From a virus: a stretch of 64,000 nucleotides of DNA. The notes below the pieces were generated by a model, which ran no database searches, had not been told where the DNA came from, and saw only the letters and a list, made by a program, of their open reading frames with translations. The stretch lies in IMG/VR virus record IMGVR_UViG_3300045988_110999. The stretch is one strand, 5' to 3'. Position 1 is the first letter of the stretch. The number at the start of each line of letters is the position of its first letter. A program made the translations under genes and the position numbers. This document shows positions 1-10,300 of this stretch, in pieces.

Positions 1-259
1 ACTTACCATCTTCGGTTTCTACCTTGTAGACCTTGTTCTTACCGGAGTAGAAAACATTAACGATGTCGTTTTTCTTGATTCTATCTCCAGTGATGGATAA
101 CGCCTTTCCGTATCCGTAAGTACGATATTTAGATGAGAGGTCTTTGTGACCATTTGCTTTAGCCCATCCTACATCGTTCTTCGTAAGGTACATTTCTCTG
201 ATAGTTAATGGTTTATATTCATTTGCGTCTCTCATAATTATCGTATCTCCTGACAAGCA
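1..259 (-). mobile_element. N-terminal part of an intein inserted in dnaE (rest lies beyond the window)
   Basis: Directly after ...FAAYGFNH the frame reads CLSGDTIIMRDANEYKPLTIREMYL...KVYKVETEDGK. CLSGDT is a canonical Hint block A with Cys1 (codon 259-257). It interrupts the YGFNKSH-type polymerase motif. Confidence 0.7.
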
Positions 260-2482
260 GTGGTTAAAACCATAGGCGGCAAAGGTAATAATGTTATCAG
301 TCAGTCTCTTCATCTGGGCTTCTGAGTATCCATTTTTTACCCCTCTCACAATCATATCATCGACAGCTGGTTTCATTTCGTCTACCACCTTACGACCAAT
401 GATTCGGCGGAGGTTATCGGCCTCCCCAAGGGAATAACCGCATATCTTCCGGGCAATCTGCATGATTTGTTCCTGATACAGGATGACGCCTTCTGTATCC
501 CGGAGTATAGGTTCTAATTCTGGGATATCGTATACAGTCGGTTCTTGATGGTTACGGCGGCGGAGGAAAGTCTCTGCCATTCCAGAATCCAACGGCCCAG
601 GTCTACCCAATGCTACAACAGCTGACATGTCTTCTACATTCTTGACATTCATCCTAATAATGATACCGGTCATGACATTTGATTCAATCTGGAAGCAACC
701 GCTTGTATCCCCCTTTCGTAGCATGGCCGCAGTTGTCTTGTCGTCTACGGGAATCTTGGCCACGTCGAGGTCAATGCCGGCACGGTGTTTAGTTTGCTCG
801 ATGATATCTAGAGTTTCAAGGCCGAGGATATCAAGCTTCAATAACCCCTGTGCTTCCAGCTGGTGGAAGTCGTGGCAGACAACCATGTTATCCCCTTGTT
901 TCTCTATAGCTGTCCAGTTACATACATCCTCCGGACTTACCAATACTGCCGAAGCATGGCATCCATAAGAAATGATGTGGCCACGGAATTTCATAGCCAA
1001 GGCCTTCCATTTCTTTTGTAAGGAAGTCTTCTCTGGCATATCTTCGACTATGTTAATATTTTTGCTCATCTTGGTATATTCAGCAGGTTTAATAAGCTCC
1101 TTGTTTCTACACTCTATAGAGGCATCGTGGTCAGCAAGGCGTTTATTTTCTTCCGCCTTCTTTCTGTACGAGTCTGTCTTTTTGTACTCACTAACCAAAT
1201 CCAGATAATGTTTTCCGTTTATCGCCTGTGCGGCTCTTTGTACGGCTGATTTATCTTGGACATAGCTGATAGTACGAACCTGATATACTTCCCCATATTT
1301 CTCTTTTACGTATTCGATAACGTCGTCTCTTCTAGGAGTAGACACATCAGTATCTATGTCCGGTGGGGTTACACGTTCCGGGTTGGCGAACCGTTCAAAT
1401 ACGAGGTTATACTTAATAGGGTCCAATTTCGTAATGCCCATGAGGTACGCAGTCAGGCTACCAACTACAGAGCCACGTCCTAAACCTGTTGGAATCCCAG
1501 CTTCCCTGCAATGTCGAATCATGTCATCAATGATACAGAAGTAATTGAGATAACCAAGGTCGCTCAGGATTTTGAATTCATGCCGTACCTGTTCGATGTA
1601 CTTAGCACGATCCGGGTAGTTGCTAATTCCCAAGGCTTTGAATCCTTCGTTACATTTCTGCTTTACGTAGGTAGCTGGGTCATCGCAGAATACCGGGTAG
1701 TGCTGACCACCAAACTCGATTTCTACATTACATTTATCGACGATTCCCTGTACGTTGTCAAGGTAAGGCCTTGCGTCAATGTTATAGCCTTTGAACCAGT
1801 CTAGTACCTCTTTCTCGCTCCGGAGGTAATAATCATCAGAAGCGTAATACTGAGAGTCGTCACCGAGTCCGAGCCATAACTTATGGGCCTGAATATCTTC
1901 CTCGTTAATGTAATGGCTATCTAAGGTAACGATAGTCTTTGTCCCGGGGAAATAGTCTTTCCACTTCTCATTATATTCAATCTGCTCTGGGAAATCATGT
2001 GGCTGAATCTCAATATACAAATCATCACCAAATATCTCTAATAAGTCATTGTAAAGGGAATCCGGTTCCGGAGAACTTAACGGCCCGGCAATGCAGGCTG
2101 TGGTGCAGATGAGGCCTTCATGATACTGTTTGAGGGCTTCGATTCCGATTCTCGGCTTCCGATAAAAATGTTCATGAGCGTAGGTATCTAGTTTCATCAT
2201 ATTCTTATACCCTACGTTATCTTTAGCCAGAATCAAGAGATGGTATGTCGGAGCTTCCTTTACGGTGATTTCATTGGTATAATAGAATTCACAACCGAGG
2301 ATAGGCTTGATACCCTGTTTCTTGCACTCTTCATAGAAGTCAATAAGCCCTGTCACGGTCCCATGGTCTGTGATAGCCAGTGCCGGATATCCAAGTTCTT
2401 TGGCTCTACTCACTAAATCAGGAATCTTGGCATATCCATCATGCAGACTATAGTCGGTATGAGTATGTAGATTACTAAACAT
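1..2482 (-). CDS. dnaE: DNA polymerase III alpha subunit (DnaE), 5' portion; runs off the left edge and is interrupted by an intein after residue 741
   Basis: The minus-strand frame is open from ATG 2482-2480 (GGAG 8 nt upstream) to base 1. My translation begins MFSNLHTHTDYSLHDGYAKIPDLVSRAKELGYPALAITDHGTV (PHP domain). Later it gives GRPGPLDSG and ITFAAYGFNH (Pol III alpha finger motif). It is missing from the ORF track only because no stop lies in the window. Confidence 0.85.
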   Translation of the reverse strand, partial: MFSNLHTHTDYSLHDGYAKIPDLVSRAKELGYPALAITDHGTVTGLIDFYEECKKQGIKPILGCEFYYTNEITVKEAPTYHLLILAKDNVGYKNMMKLDTYAHEHFYRKPRIGIEALKQYHEGLICTTACIAGPLSSPEPDSLYNDLLEIFGDDLYIEIQPHDFPEQIEYNEKWKDYFPGTKTIVTLDSHYINEEDIQAHKLWLGLGDDSQYYASDDYYLRSEKEVLDWFKGYNIDARPYLDNVQGIVDKCNVEIEFGGQHYPVFCDDPATYVKQKCNEGFKALGISNYPDRAKYIEQVRHEFKILSDLGYLNYFCIIDDMIRHCREAGIPTGLGRGSVVGSLTAYLMGITKLDPIKYNLVFERFANPERVTPPDIDTDVSTPRRDDVIEYVKEKYGEVYQVRTISYVQDKSAVQRAAQAINGKHYLDLVSEYKKTDSYRKKAEENKRLADHDASIECRNKELIKPAEYTKMSKNINIVEDMPEKTSLQKKWKALAMKFRGHIISYGCHASAVLVSPEDVCNWTAIEKQGDNMVVCHDFHQLEAQGLLKLDILGLETLDIIEQTKHRAGIDLDVAKIPVDDKTTAAMLRKGDTSGCFQIESNVMTGIIIRMNVKNVEDMSAVVALGRPGPLDSGMAETFLRRRNHQEPTVYDIPELEPILRDTEGVILYQEQIMQIARKICGYSLGEADNLRRIIGRKVVDEMKPAVDDMIVRGVKNGYSEAQMKRLTDNIITFAAYGFNHCLSGDTIIMRDANEYKPLTIREMYLTKNDVGWAKANGHKDLSSKYRTYGYGKALSITGDRIKKNDIVNVFYSGKNKVYKVETEDGK

Positions 2483-2525
2483 ATATACGACTCCTTTCCC
2501 TATGTCAAAATTACTATATATGAGT

Positions 2526-2554
2526 ATTTTAACACATAAAGTGAGTATTTTCAA
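2526..2554 (-). promoter_or_regulatory. Sigma70-type promoter upstream of dnaE carrying the ATACTCACTT spacer motif
   Basis: The minus strand reads TTGAAA-atactcactttatgtgt(17)-TAAAAT, about 40 nt upstream of the dnaE ATG. Confidence 0.6.
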
Positions 2555-2560
2555 CTGAGA

Positions 2561-2591
2561 CAAAAATAAGGCCACCCAAACGAGGGTGGCC
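2561..2591 (-). terminator. Intrinsic terminator after the lysis cassette
   Basis: Hairpin GGCCACCC/GGGTGGCC (2570-2591) followed on the minus strand by TTATTTTT. Confidence 0.7.
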
Positions 2592-2622
2592 ATAAGCATA
2601 AAATGCTGTTTTTTGTCATTTG

Positions 2623-2646
2623 AGGCCCTCTCAAGGGCCTTTTTTT
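2623..2646 (+). terminator. Plus-oriented intrinsic terminator (insulator against antisense read-through)
   Basis: AGGCCCT-ctca-AGGGCCT followed by TTTTTT on the plus strand. Confidence 0.5.
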
Positions 2647-2716
2647 ACATATAACAGGATGGGCAGGTATAATTTGTAATGAAAGATTTAGTGGCCCAAA
2701 ATTGGGCCACTCAGGG

Positions 2717-3163
2717 CTATTTTGAGGCAGCATACAGGATAGCTGTTCCCGCTACAATCCAAGCTATCTTATTCTGCCGGTTCTTGATTTCCAGTTTGTG
2801 TTTCAGTGATTCCGTTTGCTCGGTCAATGTCTGCAAATTCGTCTCTAATTTCTCCAAGGAGTCGCTGGCTGTCTTCGATGACTGTTCGGCTTTGCTCATT
2901 GCTGTCTTGCAGTCTTCCAGCTGTTTTTTCAGCGTCGTCAGCTCTTGCTTGTCCGTTTCGGAGTTCTGTTCTAGTGTTGTCAAGTTCAGTTCGAGCTGTG
3001 CTACTTTCATCTTTAATCTGCTGTATTGTTCGAGTGACATCTGCACCATCTGCGTCTGCGGAACTTCGGCTGTCGTGGAAGACGCAAAAGAGAACGACGC
3101 AAAGAACGGCAACAATGCCAAGCAAAACCCAACGGATAAGGTTTTTATTGGATTCCACATCAT
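2717..3163 (-). CDS. Lysis-cassette membrane protein: N-terminal signal/TM, long coiled coil, C-terminal TM (spanin-like candidate)
   Basis: 148-aa ORF immediately downstream of the endolysin. It has a hydrophobic N-terminus (LSVGFCLALLPFFASFSFA), E/K/Q/L heptad-like repeats and a C-terminal IAWIVAGTAILYAA. Its codon choices (ACG, CAG, GAA, CTG) match the capsid gene better than the overlapping alternative frame does. Confidence 0.6.
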   Translation of the reverse strand: MMWNPIKTLSVGFCLALLPFFASFSFASSTTAEVPQTQMVQMSLEQYSRLKMKVAQLELNLTTLEQNSETDKQELTTLKKQLEDCKTAMSKAEQSSKTASDSLEKLETNLQTLTEQTESLKHKLEIKNRQNKIAWIVAGTAILYAASK

Positions 3164-3675
3164 GCCTCCATATAAGAAATATTGGAATCTAACTGATTTG
3201 CCCCGTACTGTTCCGAATCACTGTACTGCCAGATGTCACATTCAAGGGACGGAGAACTGTCGTACTGAGCCAGCCAGATAGAATATTTCCCTTTCAAATA
3301 GTCGTAATCCAAGATATTAGTAAACCAATCGTAGTTAGCATAAACACCGGTATTAAGATTGAGAGCATCAGCAAAAGCATCGCACATAGCAGTGGCAGAA
3401 CAAGAATCCCAACTGTTATTTTCACGCCATCTGCTATATTCTTGGTCAAAGAAGACAGGAAGTTCGAGCAGACCTCCCCAATTCTCGATAATGTCACGGC
3501 AGTATTCACCTTCCTTTCGAGCTTGGTCTACGTCCAGCGCATAGCTGAACCAGTAAGCCCCTACTTTGAAGCCACGGTTAAGGGCTTCGGTAGCATAGTC
3601 CTTAAACTTAGAATCTTCGTGACCTTGCCCGTACCCAGCTCGGACGATAACGAACTCGACGCCAGCAGCCTGCAA
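3160..3675 (-). CDS. GH25 muramidase endolysin (the conserved N-terminus continues upstream to 3726 without a canonical start)
   Basis: VEFVIVRAGYG...GAYWFSY...PVFFDQE...IWLAQY...DIWQYS match the GH25 lysozyme pattern. The same frame upstream of the TTG at 3675 encodes IKGVDISENQSFIDWDAL, the GH25 N-terminal catalytic-Asp motif. Confidence 0.85.
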   Translation of the reverse strand: MQAAGVEFVIVRAGYGQGHEDSKFKDYATEALNRGFKVGAYWFSYALDVDQARKEGEYCRDIIENWGGLLELPVFFDQEYSRWRENNSWDSCSATAMCDAFADALNLNTGVYANYDWFTNILDYDYLKGKYSIWLAQYDSSPSLECDIWQYSDSEQYGANQLDSNISYMEA

Positions 3676-3713
3676 TGCGTCCCAATCAATGAAACTTTGG
3701 TTTTCAGAAATGT

Positions 3714-4046
3714 CTACACCTTTGATTCAACATCACTCCTATTCTTTGAACCGTCTACGGGCCGGGGAGGAATCGGATATTCACCGGAGGGACTGTTCTT
3801 CGTGGAATCTACCAACCATTTGAACAGACCAACCAAACCCATACCACAAGCAGAAATCCCTTGCCAGCATGAGTTAATCTCGAAATGAGTCCCCCACAGC
3901 CCATTAGACCAATAACCATATAACCAAGATAAAAGAACTACGAGAGCCGAAAAAAGCCCGAATGCCATACAGATGTACGACATATTGGACTTCATAGCTA
4001 CAAACATTTTATTTACTGTACGAGTCAACCCTTTTTTGAATATCAT
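3714..4046 (-). CDS. Holin candidate (two TM segments, several in-frame Met starts, charged C-terminus)
   Basis: 110 aa. TM segments are YICMAFGLFSALVVLLSWLYGYW and GISACGMGLVGLFKWLV. It lies directly upstream of the endolysin, and MIFKK/MFVAMK/MKSNM offer dual-start options. Confidence 0.65.
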   Translation of the reverse strand: MIFKKGLTRTVNKMFVAMKSNMSYICMAFGLFSALVVLLSWLYGYWSNGLWGTHFEINSCWQGISACGMGLVGLFKWLVDSTKNSPSGEYPIPPRPVDGSKNRSDVESKV

Positions 4047-4380
4047 CCAATCTCCGTTCTACAGACTCGAAACGTTCATGGAACCGGGCTTCGTCGAGGG
4101 CCAGCTGTTGCTGTTCAGCACCGATACGGTTCACTAAACTATTTAGATTGGATATACTCTGCACGAGCTGGTCGTACTTATCTCCGAGCATCTTGGCCCG
4201 TTCCCTCTGACGCTCTTCCCTTTCGTTCTCCCTTTCTTCAATCACTTGATCGTATTTCTCTCTCCATTCCCGTTCCTTGTCACGATGTGAAAAATACGGC
4301 TTGAGGATGGCCTCTCGGAAGCCACCCAATGCCGTACAAATCAAAATCAAAGCTTCTATAACTGTTGTGAAATTCTCCAT
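4009..4380 (-). CDS. N-terminally membrane-anchored coiled-coil protein (lysis-cassette associated)
   Basis: 123 aa. It has an N-terminal TM (VIEALILICTALGGF) followed by a highly charged R/E-rich helix. It sits between the giant protein gene and the holin. Confidence 0.6.
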   Translation of the reverse strand: MENFTTVIEALILICTALGGFREAILKPYFSHRDKEREWREKYDQVIEERENEREERQRERAKMLGDKYDQLVQSISNLNSLVNRIGAEQQQLALDEARFHERFESVERRLDDIQKRVDSYSK

Positions 4381-4390
4381 TCATACCCCC

Positions 4391-7300
4391 TTACTTCACG
4401 AATTCCTGAGCCGTCTTGGACAGGTCCCTGACTTCCTGTGCCGCCGGGCTCTTTGCTTTCTTCGGAACGGTCTTGACTGAGTTTTCCATAGCTGTTGTAT
4501 CTTTCGTTTTCAGTAATTTCGCAATATCTCTGTCACTCATACCGTAAATCTTTAATGCCTCGTAGTTATCCGTATTCGGATTCTTGATATATTCTTTCTT
4601 CGCTTGGGACTTACATTCGTTATATTTCTGGGTAGCCAGTTTCATGACGCGGGTAGCATCCGAAGAGTTCGTCTCTGCCATCGTCCGGAAACCGAAAACC
4701 TTAAGGAGCTGGTCGTAGGGGGTGTATTTCGCTGTGATTTGTCCGTATTTGTTTTCTTTCTTACCGGTTACAGCTTCTTCAAGAGCACCCAATCTCGGAG
4801 CCAGAGACCGAATGATTCCGTTTCCTTGTGCGATATTGGATACGGTCGATACAGTAGGCCCAAGGTCGAACTGGATAGCATCGCCAAGGCCAATATTACC
4901 GGAAAGGTTGATACCAGCCAATGACGGAGCCCCATACAGAGCTACGTTGACCAAGGCTTTCTTCGCAGAGGAGCCACCGGCCCAGTTAATCATACCTTTC
5001 TTCAAAGCCATGACAGGGCTGTGTCCCGTCGTCTTATCGAAGATGTCGTCTACTAGATTAGCACAAGGCATACCCAAAGCGCCAGCCATGATGAACATGG
5101 GAACGAGGAACCGGATATTCTCTTCTTTTGTATTGTGGAGTATAAAGTTCAACGTGAACAGTGGATATTTCTTGAATTGGAGGAGGAGTTTACCTGTTAC
5201 CCCGGCTTCGGTCATAGCTAACGGAGAGTCTGTTACCGAGTAGTTGAAGTTCGTTTCTGTAACCAAGTCTTTTGTTTTGTTGAATACAAATTCTTTCCGA
5301 ACACTTTCCGTTGTAGGCTTAGGGGCTTTAAAAGGATAATGGTTCTGTCTAGCTCGTTCTTTCTTCGTCTGCCATGAAGTAATAGCTTCGTTCAGCATCA
5401 TCTTCTTTTCGTCGTGAGTGAGGGCTTTGAAGTCATCCATGGCTTTCAGGTAGCCACCGATTGCCGTTGCTTTACGCGCCCACTTATCACCAACGTTAAA
5501 GAACCACATAGACTTGTCTGTAAAGTCTTTGGCCGATTTGCCGAATAGGATTTTCTTATCAAAGACACCCGTAGGACGACCGAGGATTTCCGAGTCGATA
5601 GCTACGCTTCTTTCGTTGATTCCGATATAGTCATAAAGCTCTTTCCATTTAGCATCGTTTTTCGATCCGGTTGCTTCTTTGAGACCCGTCCGGAAGTATT
5701 TAGACATACCGACGAACTTGTTACCACCGAGTTTTGCGTTGGCGTTCAAGACCTGAAAAGCCTGTACAGCCAGTGAAGCCGGTCGGAACAAACCAAGTTT
5801 CAAGAGGTTCTGTAAAGACAGCGTGTCTTTGGCAAGGCCCGTGTAAAGGTTATGACCGTACCGTCTGCGGAGCAGGGAACCTATACCTGTCGGGTCTTTT
5901 TCTGCGAGCAGATTCATGTAGTCGTTAATCATCCGGTCGAGGGCTGTAACGGAAGTCGGGCGGTGATTAGCTTCGATGTACGTCTTTAAGAATTTCTGTT
6001 CGTTCGTCGTGGCTTCTTCCCGGATGTCTTTGTGGTACTTGCTCGTGTAGTAGGCTGTAGCTTCTGCGTAGAACTTCGCTTTACTGATGAAGTTGCCGGA
6101 GGTGATGAGGTAACGATATACCGAGTCTGCTACGTTCTGGCTGTAACCGCTGGCTCCGGAACGCTTCTGGAAGAACGGGTTGAACTGTTGTTTCATATTG
6201 GCACTGTTAATGATATTATTCAGTTCATCTTGGGAGATGGTAGCGTCCTTCTTCATCTTCTGGAGCTTTTTGTACAGACCCGTTACCCGAATCTGGGACT
6301 GGAGCTTTTTGACATAATTGTCATGGGCGGCACTGCCTGTATTACTCTTGTACCGGTTTACCTTTTCGATATGGGCCATAACATCCTTGACAGCGACCGT
6401 ATGATGTTCCTTGAACAGGGAATTGAATACCCTTTTGAGCGTTTCGTTATAGTTACCTGTATCATTGTTCGATTCACTGACGGAGATTAACCCTTCATCG
6501 TTCAGCTGTTTAAGCTGGTCTTCCGTCATCCGGTCGACCTTAGCCAATCTATCTCCGTGAGCCATAGCGTTGATAGGATTGATTTCTGCCCAGTAAGCTT
6601 CCTGCCCAGCTCGATTCAGTTCTTTTACTTTCTTAGAGGCTTCGGAGGCGTTATAGAAGCTGGCAGTGCGGACAAAGGTCTTAGTATCTTTATCTTTTAT
6701 CCAGACGACATAAGGGAGGTGGATTTGCGGGAAATAACCGTTAAGCTTCTTCGGGAGCTTGTAGTTGGCCCCGGATTCTTTTGCGGCCTGTACAGACGTT
6801 TCGTAGACCTTATCCATCATATCCCGGTACTTCATAAAGGAATTCATGACGTTATCCACCTGGGATGACTTCATCGGCTTATCCGAAAGGGACCGAATCA
6901 TGGAAACATAAGCTTCTTTTTCGTGGACTTTTGCGTATTTCTGAGCAGCAGCCTCGGATTTGAAAGCGGCACTGCCTTTGGGAAGAGCGAATACCGTGAA
7001 TCCTTTGCCGAAACCAGCGTTTTCGTTTTCTTCCGATTCCTGAATCATCTTTGACAGACGATATTTACCGGAGTTGCGGATTTCCTGCATCTTCTTGAGG
7101 GCTTCGGGAGCGCTGTCGTAGTGTTCGATAAATGCGTCGTGACGGACCGCAAGGTGGATTCCATCGTCGAGGTTGATGACTTGCATCGGGTCTCGGTGCA
7201 TTTCATTGGCTTTGAGGACGAGGGAGTCGAATACTTTCCGTTCGTCTTTGTCGAGGCCTTTGAATACGTCTAAGAATTTCTGAGAGTAATCACCAACGAA

Positions 7301-10300
7301 CTTTTCCATCTTGCGGCGGGCTCCGTCTGCTAACCGGTAGATAGGCATACCATCGGGGAAGTATTTTTTAAAGATATGAAGGGGGTCTTCAAATTGGCGT
7401 TGAAGGATACTCATGCGCTCTTTGCCGGGCAGGACACCGGCGGCGTACAGGGCCGCTCTTTGAGCTGTTTCTTCGTGAGTTGGGATACCTACCTTGTGTA
7501 GTTGTTTGTCGATACGGTTTTTGAGAGATAAAGCGTCTGAGGAGGGGGTGTTCCTATTTTCAATAAAGTTGAGAAAAGCTTTAACAGCCTTATCTGTGAA
7601 AGTACCATTTGAGAATGGTTTTAGAACCTTCGCTTTTTCCAAGATAGAGGCTCTAGCAGAGCTCAATGTTCCAGCTCCGTCGATGGCTTTGTTTGCCATA
7701 TTGATAATTCTGCCTTCTACACCTTTTCGCTGCGATTTGTATTGAGGAGATTCTAAAGATAATTTAAGCTGGGATAAAGTTTTAGCTACAAAAAGTTCAT
7801 CATACAACTCTCTATCTTTTCTCAATGAATTTTGTAAAGTTTTGCTTCTTGATATTTTATCGCATACGTAGTCAATGAATTCCGGATTTATTATAGCATG
7901 GTCGTATACAAGCATTTTCCAACTATTAGTAAATCCATCACCGTCTCGAAGTTGTTTAATCAATTTATTTATATATTTAACTTCAAAATCTTTTAGCGTG
8001 TCATTCTCTTTATCGACGAAATTATTAGACGTGATATAATTCATCCCGTATTCTTTATCGCCTAATCCCCGTTCAATAGCGGCGTGGAGAGAGTGAATAG
8101 TTTCATGGAGTATAGTAGGTGTATTTTTATCCCCGGATAATGCGTCTTGGAAGATTCTAATTACGTTGTATTCGGAGTAAGTTCTGCCGAGAGCTCCAGT
8201 CTTTTCCTTTTGCCCATCATAAACAAACACGGTTGCCATATCGTCAAGAGCTTCCGCAATTTTCGACTGCAACCGTGGTGGTAAATCCTCGAAGGAATCA
8301 TTTATTAATTTGTTTAAAGTGGGGCCGTCAATATTTACCCCTTCTGGAGTGGCCAAATGGATGGCTTTCTTTAGTTTGTTGCCAAGCTTGGTTAATCTAT
8401 ATTCGGGTCCAAGCCCCCCACCGGCTTCATGTACTTGTCCAGAAATTTTCTGTCCCTTTTCCTGATTTTTTTGCCTACTTCTTCCTGCGTCATTCCTTTT
8501 GGGAGGGTAAGAATTCCGCTGCACCACATCCCCCTCCAAATGCTCGGGTCTGTTACCCCCTCTGGCATCGGAGGTAGCTTCGTCGGTCTGTACATTCCCA
8601 TCTTCTCCTTTCACTGTATGTCCATCCGCTAGGAATTGTTCCTGGTCTTCCTTACTAAGTCGGTTGAAAATATCCTGAGATGTATCATCCGGGAAGAAAG
8701 ACCGAGAAGCACCTGTAACATGGACTTCATTTTCCTTTGTAACCTTAATGTTATCTGGTTCTGTATCTATATTATAGTAGTCTGCGAGATAATCCGCAAT
8801 ATCCTGTTTATCGGCATCCTTTAATTTAACTTTATCCCCACCGAAGGTTTCAATTTCCCCTTTTGGAATTTTAACATCCATGTCAGAAACAGAAGAAGTT
8901 ACCATTTCATCTTTATATTTGTAAGACAGTTGATTTGGAGTAGCTATTCTTTCTTCTTTGGTGTTTACTATATATTTCCCTTGATTATTTACCGTTTCTC
9001 TATCTTTGCTCTCCGTTGCTTCGGCTTTGGTCTTTGCATTCTCTGTGTCTGCTTGCTTCTTGTATTTTTCGTATTCAGCCTTAGCCTTACTTACTTCTTC
9101 TTGGGTGTATTTGCCAGATTTGACGAGGTTCTGAAGAGCTTTGCCACCAGGGAAATTCACGGAATTAGCTACCTTGGTAGGACCGTCGTTAACCCAGCTA
9201 ATAATGTCAGGTACGAGATGCTCTTTGACATTCCCTCTCTGTACATACATACCTTTGTACTTATCCTTACTAAGGGTGGCGGCACGTTCCCCGTATTTCT
9301 TTTCTAGTTCTTCGTGATGAAGGAAATAGTGAATAGGGTCGTTATTAGCCAGGTGCTTACCACGGATTTCCTTAGCAAGAGCCTTACCGGCGGAATGAAC
9401 AGCTTTTATTTCCTCTTTTGTCCCTTTTGATTTAGCTTCGTTTATGGTAGTTCTTGTCTTTTTAGCCTTTGTAGCCGGGGAGAGTTCTTTAACAGGTTTC
9501 TCTTTTGGTTTGGATTCACTTTCTCCACCTTGAGCTTTCGACATGATATCCAACAAATCTTGAGAGCTACCTTCAACCGGCTTGAGTATTGTTCTTTGAG
9601 CTTCTTTTTTGTTTTCGTAGCTCCTCTTTGCCCGTTCTCTATTCTTTTCGTCGGATACCTGCTTTGCCTGTCTATCTACTTCGGCTATCTTCTGTTCGAT
9701 GTTCTGGATGTGGTCCAGAGGGTCATATTTATCCTGTGTACGGGCGTTGACGTAGGAGGTAACAGCTTCCTTGACGGATTCACGATACTTCTTAGGGAAC
9801 TTGGAGAGGAGTCGGTTCATACCGAGACCTTTCTTGTAGTTAAAGAAGTTTTCTACGAAGTTATGGAGCTCTGTGACAGCCTCCTTGTCCCTACCTTTGT
9901 TGGCATACTGGGACAGCTTTCGAGCGAACGGTGATTGAATCGTTATTTCGTGTGATTTATCGACACGCTGTTTTTCAAAACCACGGACGGCATCTACTTC
10001 AGCAATCTTATCCCGTTTGGCAATCTTGGCATTGGCCATCTCGATCTGATGGCTCTGTTCCTTAACGGACAGGCCTTCCATCTTCTTAGCATCGAGTGTA
10101 ACCCCCCTGTTTTTAGAGCTGGAGTTAATGTGCTGTACCGTATCCATGTGATTCTTTTTGCTGACGATAGCTTGTGTCTTATCCCTATTTTCGGTAAGAG
10201 CTTTCCCGGAGAGAGCTTTAATCTGATTACGGATTTTAGGGGGAACTTCCCCACCGGCGCTTTTAGTTATAACCTGTTTCACGTCGTTAGGAAGAGAATC

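Noticed and set aside
2769-3158. 129-aa alternative-frame ORF (N-terminal TM plus coiled coil) inside the 148-aa lysis-cassette gene
   Set aside because: Not called as a gene. Four frames are open here because of the biased coiled-coil codon composition, and this frame uses many CGA codons that are rare in the highly expressed capsid gene. I kept it as a low-probability dual-coding hypothesis in the findings.
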